Below are positions 1-9,832 of a stretch of 64,000 bases of DNA, piece by piece; position 1 is the stretch's first letter, and the number at the start of each line of letters is the position of its first letter. Source of the stretch: Nannocystales bacterium (GTDB lineage: Bacteria > Myxococcota_A > Polyangia > Nannocystales > Nannocystaceae); contig JBOEGF010000015.1 of NCBI GenBank assembly GCA_050633305.1, positions 189,487 to 253,486 of the forward strand, read 5' to 3'. Made by a program: the position numbers and the translations under genes. A model generated the notes under the pieces. The model worked only from the letters and a program-made list of their open reading frames with translations, had not been told where the DNA came from and did no database searches.

Positions 1-698
1 AAGACGATGCCGCCGCTCTTGGAGCGGACCTGTTGCATCGTCCAGCCCGGCATGTCGCTGCGAAAGCCGTCGGGGACGTGGCGGAAGCGGGACTCGGGAC
101 AGTGGCCGTTGTCGGGCGCAAAGCACCAGTCGCCGCTGTCGACGTTCCACCCCGTGATGATCTGGTCGTACTCGTCGCGCACGACGCTGGCGGTGTTGCA
201 GGTGCTGGCGCCGTACGGGAACCGGAAATACTTGGGGGTCGCGTACTCGGCGATGATGTCGTCGGTTCGCTTCACCTGGTCACGCACGGTATCGAGGCTC
301 TGCTGCGTGAGGTTCTTGTGCTGGTGCGAGTGGTTCGCGAGGATGTGCCCCTCGTCGATGATCCGCTGGATGATCGGACGGGTGCTGTCGTTGACGCGGT
401 TGCCGTTGATGAAGAACGTGGCTTGGATACCCTCGTCGCGGAGGGTGTCGAGGACCTGCGGGGTGCTGGTGGTGTTGGGGCCGTCGTCGAACGTGAGCGC
501 GACGCGGTTCCCGAAGCCGATGCGGTCGGGCGTGAGGACGCCTGAGCATCCGTTGGTGTCGGCCTTGCCCTCTTCGAGTTCATCAAACGCCTCGCTGAAC
601 GCCTCGGACTCCTCCGCCTGGTGGCTGTCACCACACCCTCCCAACAAGAGCGAGATCGAGACCGCTCCCGCTGTCATCCGAATAAGCTTCCCCAGCAT
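1..698 (-). CDS. Polysaccharide deacetylase (CE4/NodB) lipoprotein; runs off the left edge
   Basis: Manual translation from ATG at 698: lipobox LLGGC, GKAD motif, then VALTFDDGP, ANHSHQH and YFRFPYG CE4 motifs. Not in the ORF track because there is no stop in the window. Confidence 0.85.
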   Translation of the reverse strand, partial: MLGKLIRMTAGAVSISLLLGGCGDSHQAEESEAFSEAFDELEEGKADTNGCSGVLTPDRIGFGNRVALTFDDGPNTTSTPQVLDTLRDEGIQATFFINGNRVNDSTRPIIQRIIDEGHILANHSHQHKNLTQQSLDTVRDQVKRTDDIIAEYATPKYFRFPYGASTCNTASVVRDEYDQIITGWNVDSGDWCFAPDNGHCPESRFRHVPDGFRSDMPGWTMQQVRSKSGGIV

Positions 699-848
699 GG
701 GTGAGACTATGTAGGTACAGCGGAGCGTCGTCCACCCGAATCCGGCCGTCGAAAGCGGGAGGGTTGCGGAGTAGCGCGGTCTTGCGCCTCTGACACGGGG
801 AAACCCTGGGTCTGTGGGGTCGCCCGGCGGTGACGGTCGGAAACGCGC

Positions 849-1952
849 CTAGACGATGCTCATCGGCGAGACGTCCTGCTCGCTGAGCGTCCACTCGACC
901 GCCCCACATCGCGTCGCGATCGCATCTCGGTAGTTTCGCAGGAAAGGGCGTTCGGTATTCGTGTGTCCCGCCAGCAGCACGACCTTGCCGCGCTGCACCA
1001 TGTCGAGGACCTGATGATGCTGCATCTCTCCGGTGATGTACGCATCGGCCGTCTTGTATTTCTCGAACAGTGAGCCGCCCGCTCCCACACACACGGCGAT
1101 GGACTCGACGTGGCCCGGGTGCTCGTTTCCATACTCCGGCGGGATGGCGGCCTTGAGCTTCTTGACCCCCAGGTGGCGCTTGACTCGTCGGATCAGGGCC
1201 TCGGCTGAGACCGGTGTCCGCAGATGCATGCATCGGCCCGGCGTTTGCTCTTCCTCTTCCGGCCGGGGTTGGGCGCTGAGTTCCACAACCTCGACGGTAG
1301 GCTCGGGGCGGGGGTGGGCCTCCCGTGCCCGCTTGATGACTGCGCCAAGCGCGTCGCGCCAACACGAAGCTTCGATGCGAACCTCTTCCGCTTGCCCGAC
1401 CTCGCCCGCGAGACCGAAGCTGCCGACGCCCTCCACACTAAACGCCGACCGGTCGTCACCACCAATGCCACCTGCGCCAGCGTCCGACATCGCCGCCCGC
1501 ACATCAGCGGCCGCGTCGCGTGGGGCGTAGACGATGACTTTGTAGCGATGCAGTCGGTGGTCCCGGGGAACGCCGATGGACCAGCGGACCGACTGCTTTC
1601 CCAGCCCGTCGCAGAGCCAGTCGTTCATGCCGCCACGAACGGCATCGAGCGAGGTGTGTGGGCTGTAGACGGCGATGCCGGTCCGGACGGCCTTGGCGAG
1701 CATGCGCTCTTTCCAGTCCCGGTCCGCAAGGCGGGCGAGCGCTCGGAAAATCGGCGGGTGATAGGAGACGACCAGCTGACACTTGCTCTCGATCGCCTCA
1801 TTCAAGACCGCGGGCGTGAGGTCGATGCAGAGCATGCCTTTACGGACCCGCTTGCCATCGCCCGCGAGGTGCAGACCCACTTGATCCCAACCCTCGGCGA
1901 GGTGCTCGGGTGCGATTCCTCGGAGCGCTGCCAACACATCGTCAAGCTTCAC
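849..1952 (-). CDS. Nif3-like dinuclear metal-centre hexameric protein (YbgI/YqfO family)
   Basis: AEGWDQVGL, SYHPPIF, YSPHTSLD, ITGEMQHH and AGHTNTE motifs plus a central PII-like insert. Start placed at GTG 1952. Confidence 0.9.
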   Translation of the reverse strand: MKLDDVLAALRGIAPEHLAEGWDQVGLHLAGDGKRVRKGMLCIDLTPAVLNEAIESKCQLVVSYHPPIFRALARLADRDWKERMLAKAVRTGIAVYSPHTSLDAVRGGMNDWLCDGLGKQSVRWSIGVPRDHRLHRYKVIVYAPRDAAADVRAAMSDAGAGGIGGDDRSAFSVEGVGSFGLAGEVGQAEEVRIEASCWRDALGAVIKRAREAHPRPEPTVEVVELSAQPRPEEEEQTPGRCMHLRTPVSAEALIRRVKRHLGVKKLKAAIPPEYGNEHPGHVESIAVCVGAGGSLFEKYKTADAYITGEMQHHQVLDMVQRGKVVLLAGHTNTERPFLRNYRDAIATRCGAVEWTLSEQDVSPMSIV

Positions 1953-2077
1953 GGTCGAAGGGTACTGCGACGAACCCCCGAAAAAATCTACGGCGAACGG
2001 CGTGGTTCCGTGACGCGCCTGACACTTTAGGCGACGTACTTTATGCAATCTAAACTCGGAAAAGAGAGGCGGTAGAA

Positions 2078-3304
2078 GTGTCGAACGTCAGGATGCAGCG
2101 CACACTGGGAGTTTGGGCGGTCGGGGTCGGACTTGGCCTGTGTGGGTGTGGAGGGGCCAGTTCCGCCGACGTCGCCGCGGACAGCTCGGGTGGTATCGAC
2201 TCGCTCACCGCAGACCCCAGTTCTTCGGGAGATGTCGTGGAGACCAGTACCACGGCGGCCAGCAGCGGCGATGACGCCAGCAGCAGCGGCCCAGCGGAGG
2301 GCACGACAGGCGCGACGTCGGCGTCCTCTTCGGGTGGCCCGGGGACGAGTACGGGCGACGCACAATCCGAGACGACGGGGGGAACGACCGTCGCCGTTCT
2401 CCCCGAAACGTCGGGAAGCACGATGGACTGCCCCAGCGCGGAAGTTCAGTTCGAGCCGATCATCCCGACCGTCATCCTCTTGATCGACCAGTCCGGCAGC
2501 ATGACCGCTGGCTTTGACGGCTCCAACCGCTGGGATGTCGTCCGTGAGGCGCTCATCGATCCGGACACGGGGGTGATCGCGGCTCTGCAGGATGACGTTC
2601 GATTTGGGCTCGCCCTGTACACGAGCAACGGCGGCGACGCGGGAGGCGCGTGCCCCGTTCTTGTCGAGGAGGCCCCGGTCGTGGCCAGCCTCGATGCGAT
2701 CACCGCGACGTACGAACCCGAGAGTCCAACGGGCGATACGCCGACGGGCGACTCGATCGATGCCGTCGTCGAGGCTCTCGCGGCTGACCTGACGGACGGA
2801 CCCAAGATTATCGTGTTGGCCACCGATGGCGAACCCGACACGTGCGAGGTTCCGAACCCGCAGGAGGGCCAGGTCGAGGCGGTCACCGCGGCCGAGAACG
2901 CCTACACCGATGGCATCGAGACGTTCGTCATCAGCGTGGGGAACGACGTCAGCGAGACGCACCTCCAGGACATGGCAAACGCGGGTGTCGGCTGGATGCC
3001 CGGCGACGCCGATGCCCCGTTCTACGTCCCGTCGGATGCGGACGCGATGGTTGCCGCCTTCGAGGAGATCATCAACGGGGTCCGCAGCTGCGTGCTCACC
3101 CTCGATACCGCCATCCTGCCGGGCCAGGCGGATCAAGGGACCGTGACCGTCAACGGAATGGAAGTCACCTTCGACGACCCCAACGGGTGGCAGGTCAACA
3201 GCCCGACCGAGATCGAGCTCCTGGGAACCTCGTGCGAGGCGATTCAGGAGGGCAACGTCGAGGTTACCGTCGAGTTCACCTGCGCCGCGATCGTGCCGGG
3301 CTGA
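2078..3304 (+). CDS. vWA-domain lipoprotein with Ser/Thr/Gly-rich linker (CglB-like architecture)
   Basis: Lipobox-like LCGC, low-complexity S/T/G tract, MIDAS DQSGS, IVLATDG and a Cys-containing C-terminal domain. Confidence 0.8.
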   Translation: MSNVRMQRTLGVWAVGVGLGLCGCGGASSADVAADSSGGIDSLTADPSSSGDVVETSTTAASSGDDASSSGPAEGTTGATSASSSGGPGTSTGDAQSETTGGTTVAVLPETSGSTMDCPSAEVQFEPIIPTVILLIDQSGSMTAGFDGSNRWDVVREALIDPDTGVIAALQDDVRFGLALYTSNGGDAGGACPVLVEEAPVVASLDAITATYEPESPTGDTPTGDSIDAVVEALAADLTDGPKIIVLATDGEPDTCEVPNPQEGQVEAVTAAENAYTDGIETFVISVGNDVSETHLQDMANAGVGWMPGDADAPFYVPSDADAMVAAFEEIINGVRSCVLTLDTAILPGQADQGTVTVNGMEVTFDDPNGWQVNSPTEIELLGTSCEAIQEGNVEVTVEFTCAAIVPG

Positions 3305-3322
3305 GCCTGTGTGTGGGTCCCC

Positions 3323-3802
3323 TCAGCTGGAGGGGACCTCGTCGCTCCACTGAAGCTTGTCGCCGCAGTGCAGCATCATCGCGCCTTCGTACGGGTTCAT
3401 GACCTTGCCGGATTTCTGAACCCACGGCGCGCCCGCGCCCGCAAACGTCATCGTGCAGTGGACCAGCATGTGGCCCTCTTGCTTGCCGGCGTCGGCCTTG
3501 ACGAACTCGATCATGCCCTCGCTCATGGTCTTGAATGCCGAGCGGGCGGTGGCGATGTCTTGTGCGGCGATGCGGCCCGCACCCTGGACGATCTTGTCGA
3601 CCCCGGGCTTGTCGGTCTTGCCCTCGGATGCGGCGACGAGGGCTGCTCCGAGCTCAGGAAGATTGTCGAGCTTGTCCTCAGCCAGGGTCGACTGAATCTG
3701 CAGGTACGGCGTAAGCAACGTGCCGTCGGTCGCAGGCTTGTCGCTGGAGTCGCAGCTGATCGCGGTGGCTGCGAGCACGAGGAGAGCCAGGCGGGTGCGC
3801 AT
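3323..3802 (-). CDS. DUF3347-like lipoprotein (putative metal-binding)
   Basis: Lipobox AISC; ARSAFKTMS, HCTM, WVQ and NPYEGAMMLHCG pattern typical of DUF3347. Confidence 0.75.
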   Translation of the reverse strand: MRTRLALLVLAATAISCDSSDKPATDGTLLTPYLQIQSTLAEDKLDNLPELGAALVAASEGKTDKPGVDKIVQGAGRIAAQDIATARSAFKTMSEGMIEFVKADAGKQEGHMLVHCTMTFAGAGAPWVQKSGKVMNPYEGAMMLHCGDKLQWSDEVPSS

Positions 3803-3864
3803 GCTTCGTCAGATAGCATGCGCTTCGTCCTCTGACAGCCGCTGGGGTAGAGTGCGGCCGCCCG

Positions 3865-5676
3865 ATGGCGCTTTGGAGCATTCTCTGCCTTGCGTTGAGC
3901 GCGCCGTCGGTGACGTCCGAGGTCGCGCCCGCGCCCGACCGTCCCGAGACAGAGCCGTCGTCGGAGCCCGACGCCGACGAGCCGGTTGTGCCGCCGCCGG
4001 TCGTCACCGATGCAGCGCCGGACGAGTCGCCACCCGATGAACCCGCGGCCGAGCCGTCCGTTGACGACACCCAGGCGCCGGCAGAGAGCACACCGAGCCC
4101 GTCCTTCTTCAACGACGAAACGACGACGGCACCGGAGCCGGTTGCGCCGCCGATGCCCGAGATCGAGGAGCTGCCGCAGAAGCAGGGAGCACCGCCAGAG
4201 CCTCGCAAGCGGAAGGTGTTCGACACCGGGGCCGCCGACCGTCCGCCCGCGGGTGCCGATGGAGGCAGTTTCTTCGACCCGGGCAAGCTCGCCGATGTTG
4301 GCCCTTCAGGGGGTGCAATCCAGATTCGTGGCTTCGTGGCGGCCAACTTCTTCCTGGCGCAGCGCAGCAATACGTTCGACCGAACGAACGGGTCGTTCCG
4401 CCAGCTCAAGACGTTGCCCTATTTCGACGTCAGCTCCGCGACCCTCTATGTCGGCGCGCCGATCTTCGCCGACGTTGTCTACGCTCGTATCGGTTTCGAG
4501 TTCCTTTCGGCAGGGGTTGTCCCTCCCGCCGGAGTGGACCCATCGATCTCCGGCCAGACGCGGCGCTTTGTCGCCTTCGAAACCGGTGCGCTCGAGATCA
4601 ACCCGTTCGCCCTGGCGGAGAAGACCCCGCGCTGGTTCCGGGAGGGGTTCAAGATTACCGCCGGAATCTTCATCCTGCCTTTTGGGCTCGAGGACGAAGA
4701 CCACGCCGCGCCCGTCAACTGGTTCATCACCCGCCCGTTGGCGATGACCAACAACCGGGTCTATCCCGGGACATGGTCAGACGTCGGTGCGTCGCTGAAG
4801 TGGAAGCCGACCTTCCGCAGCGAGTCCCCGATCCGGCCGATCGAGATCGATGTCGGTATCGTCAACGGCGACGCGTGCAGCCAGACACGGTTCCTCGACA
4901 CGCTTTTTGCCGACCCGGCGCTGGTTCCAAGTTGCGAACGCACTCTTCGGGACGGCGAGACCGACGAATCGGAGATGCTGCAGGCCGGGACACCGCGCAT
5001 CAACGCACCCGGCGGGTTCATCCTTCCGGACAACAATGCGGGCAAGTCCGTGGTGGCCCGCGTTCAGGCGTTCCCGATCGGCTCGATCAACCTCGGGGGC
5101 TCGGTTGTCTGGGGCACGCACCCTCCCGGTGACGTGTCGCCGGGTCCCGGCGAGTCCTCGGCCGACTTCAAACAGGCGGCCTCATGGCGCGTGGGGTCCC
5201 ATCTCGAACTCAACTTCGAGGAGATGTTCGAGAGCAAGGTGCCGCTACCGATGCTTCGCGGTGAGTTCGTCTTTGGGCGGGACGACGCCGTGGACCGGGC
5301 TGCGCCGACGCTCACCGATCGCCGGATGCGTGGCGGGTATGCCCAAATCGCTCAGCCGCTGTTCCGGCGGAAGAAGACGCGTCTCCCGGGGCTCATCCTG
5401 CAGTATCGCTTCGACCAAGCGGATCCCGATCTCGCAGTCCCGAGCGTGGTGGCAGGGTTCGACCCTGACGGAAACCCGGTCGACGTCGATCTCGTCTCGG
5501 ACCTGAGCTCCACCCGGCGGGAGTCAGCGTTTCAGTCCCACACCGTGGGATTTCGTTTTCCTGTGCTGCCCCGGTTCACGCTCAAGGCCGAGTACACGTT
5601 TGCACGGGAAGACGGTGGCGCTGCCAACCAGCTCGCGAACGACGTCTTCGGCATCGAAGCGGTCGCGGATTTCTAG
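3865..5676 (+). CDS. Putative outer-membrane beta-barrel/porin with Pro/Glu-rich N-terminal linker
   Basis: Signal peptide, low-complexity linker, KITAGIFILPFG and LKAEY beta-strand motifs, terminal Phe (EAVADF). Confidence 0.7.
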   Translation: MALWSILCLALSAPSVTSEVAPAPDRPETEPSSEPDADEPVVPPPVVTDAAPDESPPDEPAAEPSVDDTQAPAESTPSPSFFNDETTTAPEPVAPPMPEIEELPQKQGAPPEPRKRKVFDTGAADRPPAGADGGSFFDPGKLADVGPSGGAIQIRGFVAANFFLAQRSNTFDRTNGSFRQLKTLPYFDVSSATLYVGAPIFADVVYARIGFEFLSAGVVPPAGVDPSISGQTRRFVAFETGALEINPFALAEKTPRWFREGFKITAGIFILPFGLEDEDHAAPVNWFITRPLAMTNNRVYPGTWSDVGASLKWKPTFRSESPIRPIEIDVGIVNGDACSQTRFLDTLFADPALVPSCERTLRDGETDESEMLQAGTPRINAPGGFILPDNNAGKSVVARVQAFPIGSINLGGSVVWGTHPPGDVSPGPGESSADFKQAASWRVGSHLELNFEEMFESKVPLPMLRGEFVFGRDDAVDRAAPTLTDRRMRGGYAQIAQPLFRRKKTRLPGLILQYRFDQADPDLAVPSVVAGFDPDGNPVDVDLVSDLSSTRRESAFQSHTVGFRFPVLPRFTLKAEYTFAREDGGAANQLANDVFGIEAVADF

Positions 5677-5691
5677 CGGCGAGCGGCCGTC

Positions 5692-6264
5692 CTAAGCAGC
5701 AATCAGGTCGGTCATCGCGACCCACCGAATGGGTCGGTCGATGAAGACTGCGGAACAGACACGCCGCGCGTCGTCAGCACCCCCGTGCACAAACAGTGAC
5801 TCAAACCCGGGCACAGCGGTCCAGCCGCCGACCCCGATACCGTCTGCGTTCCACATCAGGCGGAGTCGCTCCCCGGCGAGCTTTGTATAGCCTTCCCACA
5901 TCAGCTCGGGGTTGGGGACGCGCAGCAAGAAATCTCGGTCCGGTTCGAGTTCTCCCCATAACAGCTCGAACATATCCTTCTCGATGAGCTCCGCGGACGG
6001 GTGTGTGAGCATCGATTCGGTGTTCACCGGGCTGCACATCAGCACGTCCTCCGGAGCGAAGCGACATCCGTCGGCGTGAACTTGGACGTGGCGACGGACC
6101 CAGCCGGTCGCGTCGATCTCGTAGAGGGTCATCCAAGGCTCGGAGGACTCGCCTGCAAAACAGACGCGTACGTAGCGAAGCTCGGTGGATGGGTTGGACA
6201 GCATCAGGTGCGTCACGACCCCCTCTGTATCGGCCGCCTGTTGCTTTGTCTTGAGGGTGTTCAT
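5692..6264 (-). CDS. Hypothetical protein
   Basis: Protein-like ORF filling the gap, divergent from the diguanylate cyclase. No family recognised. Confidence 0.55.
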   Translation of the reverse strand: MNTLKTKQQAADTEGVVTHLMLSNPSTELRYVRVCFAGESSEPWMTLYEIDATGWVRRHVQVHADGCRFAPEDVLMCSPVNTESMLTHPSAELIEKDMFELLWGELEPDRDFLLRVPNPELMWEGYTKLAGERLRLMWNADGIGVGGWTAVPGFESLFVHGGADDARRVCSAVFIDRPIRWVAMTDLIAA

Positions 6265-6350
6265 CCGGCGCGGCAGCGTGCATCGCTCACGTACGCTCAT
6301 CGCGGGCGTTTCCCGCGCCGCCCCGAACTGGGACCGTTCCGGGTTGAACC

Positions 6351-6377
6351 TAAACTGTCCTGCTCGGAGGACGAAAC
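6351..6377 (+). promoter_or_regulatory. Candidate sigma28 (FliA) promoter of the HDOD-GGDEF gene
   Basis: TAAA-N15-GACGAAAC (consensus TAAA-N15-GCCGATAA), ending 8 nt before ATG 6386. Confidence 0.5.
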
Positions 6378-6385
6378 TCCCAGTC

Positions 6386-7912
6386 ATGAGGCCCGTGAAG
6401 CGGAAGCCGACAAGAAAGCGAAAGAAGTCAGCTGGAAAGTCCAGCGCGTCTCCTTCCGCTGGCTCCGTCGCAAAGATCGTTCAGCTAACCGCTGACCCGG
6501 ACTGCTGCATGGATGCGGTCGCCGAGGTGGTCTCGGTCGACCCTGTCCTGGGCCTTCGAATCCTCTCCCTTGCGAACAGCTCTGCCTTCGCGCTCTCGAG
6601 GCGGATGTCGGATGTCCGCCAGGCCGTATCCATCCTCGGCCTTCGGAGCCTTCGTAACCTCGCGTTGGGTCTGCTCGTCAGCGACTTGGCACCGCAGAGC
6701 CTTCATGGTGAGCGCCTTCTCGAGCGCTCTCTCCGTCGAGGAACCGCATGTCGACTCGTCGCCGAGCACCTGGGCGTGAAGGAAGTCCACGAGTTCTTCA
6801 CTGCCGGGATTCTCCTGGACGTGGGCTTGATGACACTGGCCCGGACCGACGCGAAGTTGGCCGCAGACCTGTCGTGCATGGCGAGCGCGAGCCGATCGGT
6901 TCGCGAGCAGGTCTTGGGGCTCACACCGCATGCCGTGCTCTCGGGGAAGATGGCCAAGGAGTGTTCGCTCCCGGACGCGACCGTGGAGGCAATTGCCAAT
7001 CACCACAATGACGAGCCCGGGGAGAGCGACCTGGAGCGCGCAACGTGGTTCGCGGAGCGAGTCGCCGCCCTGTTTGATTCCGCATTGGTGGAACGTGACC
7101 GCGAAGCGCTGATCCAAGACGGCGAGAAGCTCGGCATCTCGGCCGAAGGCATCGAGGACATCCTCGTGCGAACGCCCGCCGACGTGATGGAGACCGCGCA
7201 GGCTTTCCAGCGTCAGTTGCCACCGCAACAGACGATCGACGAGATCAAAGAAAATGCCTATCAGCAGTTGATGGAGCTCAACACGGAGTATGAGGTCATC
7301 GTGAAGGACCTCGAGCGTGCGCTCGCCGAGAAGTCCGAACTCGAGGCGCAGCTCCGGGTGGCGAACAGTCAGCTCTCTGGACTCGCGAACACCGACGAGC
7401 TCACCGGGCTGCCCAACCGTCGCGCACTGCAAGCAAGCGTCGACTGCCAGCTGACGATCACAGAGCGCTCCGAACGGCCGCTGAGTCTCGTGATGGTGGA
7501 CGTCGACCACTTCAAGAACTTCAACGACACCATGGGCCATGCCGCGGGAGATGCGGTCCTCCGAGTCCTGGGCGACCTCCTCCAAGACCTCGTCCGAGGG
7601 GCCGACGTCCCGGCTCGGTACGGTGGCGAGGAGTTTACGCTCCTGCTACCCAACACCGACGAGGACGGCGCACTTGTCGTGTCCGAGAGAATTCGAGCCC
7701 GACTGGAGGCCACCGTGGTGAACGAGGACGTCCCGCAGCCCTGCAAGGTCACCGCGAGCTTTGGCGTGGCCACGACGCGCGGCGGGGAAAGCTCGGAAAG
7801 CCTGTTTGGCCGCGCTGACCAGGCGCTGTACGTCGCCAAAGAAGAAGGTCGCAACAGGGTCTGTGTCGCTCCACCGCTCGAGGCTTCGACCCCGAAAAGT
7901 GCGGCCGCGTAA
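6386..7912 (+). CDS. HDOD-coiled-coil-GGDEF diguanylate cyclase
   Basis: HDOD (DPVLGLRILSLANS, QAVSILG), DELTGLPNRR, DVDHFKNFND, I-site RGAD five residues before GGEEF. Confidence 0.9.
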   Translation: MRPVKRKPTRKRKKSAGKSSASPSAGSVAKIVQLTADPDCCMDAVAEVVSVDPVLGLRILSLANSSAFALSRRMSDVRQAVSILGLRSLRNLALGLLVSDLAPQSLHGERLLERSLRRGTACRLVAEHLGVKEVHEFFTAGILLDVGLMTLARTDAKLAADLSCMASASRSVREQVLGLTPHAVLSGKMAKECSLPDATVEAIANHHNDEPGESDLERATWFAERVAALFDSALVERDREALIQDGEKLGISAEGIEDILVRTPADVMETAQAFQRQLPPQQTIDEIKENAYQQLMELNTEYEVIVKDLERALAEKSELEAQLRVANSQLSGLANTDELTGLPNRRALQASVDCQLTITERSERPLSLVMVDVDHFKNFNDTMGHAAGDAVLRVLGDLLQDLVRGADVPARYGGEEFTLLLPNTDEDGALVVSERIRARLEATVVNEDVPQPCKVTASFGVATTRGGESSESLFGRADQALYVAKEEGRNRVCVAPPLEASTPKSAAA

Positions 7913-8023
7913 CGAACGACCCACAACGCCTCCACACGTCGGATCGAACTGAGGGCGCCCCCGCCTCGGCTCGACCCGGCGTTCTTGTGTGGTCGCCCCT
8001 CGTCGATGATCGGGGCCACCCTG

Positions 8024-8935
8024 TTACACGTTCGCGGCGGATTCGATCGCAACTGAGATGGCCGTCGCGTCCCGCGTTCCTAGCCCCGCCGCAAAGAAGG
8101 GAGCGTGCTGGCACAGCTGCCCCGCGCGATCGTCCACTCCGGTCGCGTCGAGTTTCGCCGCGTAGTCGGCGACAGAGACGGCCAGAGCGACCTGTGTGAG
8201 GGCTCCGGCGTCCGCGGGGTGGTGATGATACTTGGCGCCCGCCCGGACGGTCTCGTTGAGGCCCCAGGATCGAATGACCGCGTCGCCCAAGGCCGCATGA
8301 AGAGCATGACGGGCGCGGGCGATGAACTTCTTGTCGAGGAACTCAGGCGATTTGCGGCCGTACTGGCTGAGCGCCGAGTAGAGCAGCAGCGCGCCGATGT
8401 CATGCAGCATGCCGACCAAGAAGCCTTGCTTGCTACCGATCCCCATGCGTCGGAAGACCTCGGCCGTTGCGAGGCCGACCTGAAAGGAATGCAGGTGCTC
8501 CTCTTTGACCTCCTTGTTGAGGCCCGGCGCACGAAAGACCCGGCCCGACGCCACGGCGAACGCGATGTCGCGGAGCTCATGCAAGCCGACAGTCATCACC
8601 GCTTGTGCGAGATCGGTGGGAGGTCTGCGGGCCATCGCGGGGGACGCCGCCAGCCTCAGAACCCGTGACGCAAGTGAGGGGTCGCGCTCGAGGACGCCGA
8701 CGGCTGCCTCGATGCTTGGGTCGGGATCGCGCGCGAGCTCGGCGAGGCGGAGCGCGGCTTCGGGAAGGGGACGCAGTTCCAAGGACCCTCGGCGAAGGTC
8801 CCGCAGAATGCGAATCCCCAGCTCGCTTTTGAACTCCTCCGGACCCCAGGAAGCGGGGCCTTCGTCCTCAATGACAAAGGTCTTCACCTCGATGTCCTTG
8901 AATCGCCGATTCGCCGCATCCATATCAGTTCTCAT
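8024..8935 (-). CDS. HDOD domain protein
   Basis: LERDPSLASRVLRLA, GMLHDIG, WGL...YHH. Confidence 0.85.
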   Translation of the reverse strand: MRTDMDAANRRFKDIEVKTFVIEDEGPASWGPEEFKSELGIRILRDLRRGSLELRPLPEAALRLAELARDPDPSIEAAVGVLERDPSLASRVLRLAASPAMARRPPTDLAQAVMTVGLHELRDIAFAVASGRVFRAPGLNKEVKEEHLHSFQVGLATAEVFRRMGIGSKQGFLVGMLHDIGALLLYSALSQYGRKSPEFLDKKFIARARHALHAALGDAVIRSWGLNETVRAGAKYHHHPADAGALTQVALAVSVADYAAKLDATGVDDRAGQLCQHAPFFAAGLGTRDATAISVAIESAANV

Positions 8936-9050
8936 GGGGTGTCCAGGCGCGCGAATCCACCGAGGTGGCTAGACTCGTTCACCGCTGGATCGGCCCAACT
9001 TGGGGCTGCCATCCGGGTCCCACAGTCGCACGAAGGCGTTGGAAACCATC

Positions 9051-9809
9051 GTGGACATCGCGACCATCATCGGATTCGTAGCATCGGCAGTTCTCGTCGT
9101 CGGTACGATCGTACTCGGAGGTGAACTCGGTCCCTTCATCGACGTTCCAAGTCTTCTGATCGTCGTGGGGGGTACCGTTGCAGCGGCCCTCACGGCAGAG
9201 TCGCTGCCCTCCTGCATCGGCTCCATCAAGGTCGCGATCAACGTCTTCAAAGTGAAGGGAAACGACGCGACGGAGACGATTGCGAAGATCGCCGAGTTGT
9301 CCACCGTGGCGCGTCGCGAAGGTATCGTCGCGCTCGAGAATGCGAAGGTCGAAGACGAGTTCTTCGGCCGCGCGTTGCGAATGGCCGCCGACGGTGCCAA
9401 CGCTGACGAGATCAAGGCCACGCTCTCCGGCGAGATAGGGGCCATGAAGGCTCGTCACGAGCGTGGACAGAAGCTGTTCAAGTTCGTCGCGGCCAGTGCA
9501 CCTGCGATGGGCATGATCGGAACGCTGATCGGTCTGGTGCAGATGCTCCGGGCCCTCGACGACCCGGCCTCGATTGGCCCGGCCATGGCTGTTGCACTGT
9601 TGACGACGATGTATGGAGCCATCATCGCGTTCCAGATCGCAGGTCCGATCGCGACGAAGCTCGAGCACCGGAGCACCGAAGAGGCCACGCACATGGGCGT
9701 GGTGCTCGACGGTATCGGCGGCATCGTTCAAGGCTCCAACGCGCAGTCGATTCGCGACCGTCTCGAAGCCCGCTTGCCCCCAAGCCAGCGTCAGCAAGAC
9801 GCTGCCTAG
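9051..9809 (+). CDS. motA: Flagellar stator A subunit, PomA-like
   Basis: VDIATIIG, ARREGIVALE, APAMGMIGTLIGLV, IGPAMAVALLTTMYG. Confidence 0.92.
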   Translation: MDIATIIGFVASAVLVVGTIVLGGELGPFIDVPSLLIVVGGTVAAALTAESLPSCIGSIKVAINVFKVKGNDATETIAKIAELSTVARREGIVALENAKVEDEFFGRALRMAADGANADEIKATLSGEIGAMKARHERGQKLFKFVAASAPAMGMIGTLIGLVQMLRALDDPASIGPAMAVALLTTMYGAIIAFQIAGPIATKLEHRSTEEATHMGVVLDGIGGIVQGSNAQSIRDRLEARLPPSQRQQDAA

Positions 9810-9832
9810 CCCCAGCCTGAAGGGAGAGTGAC

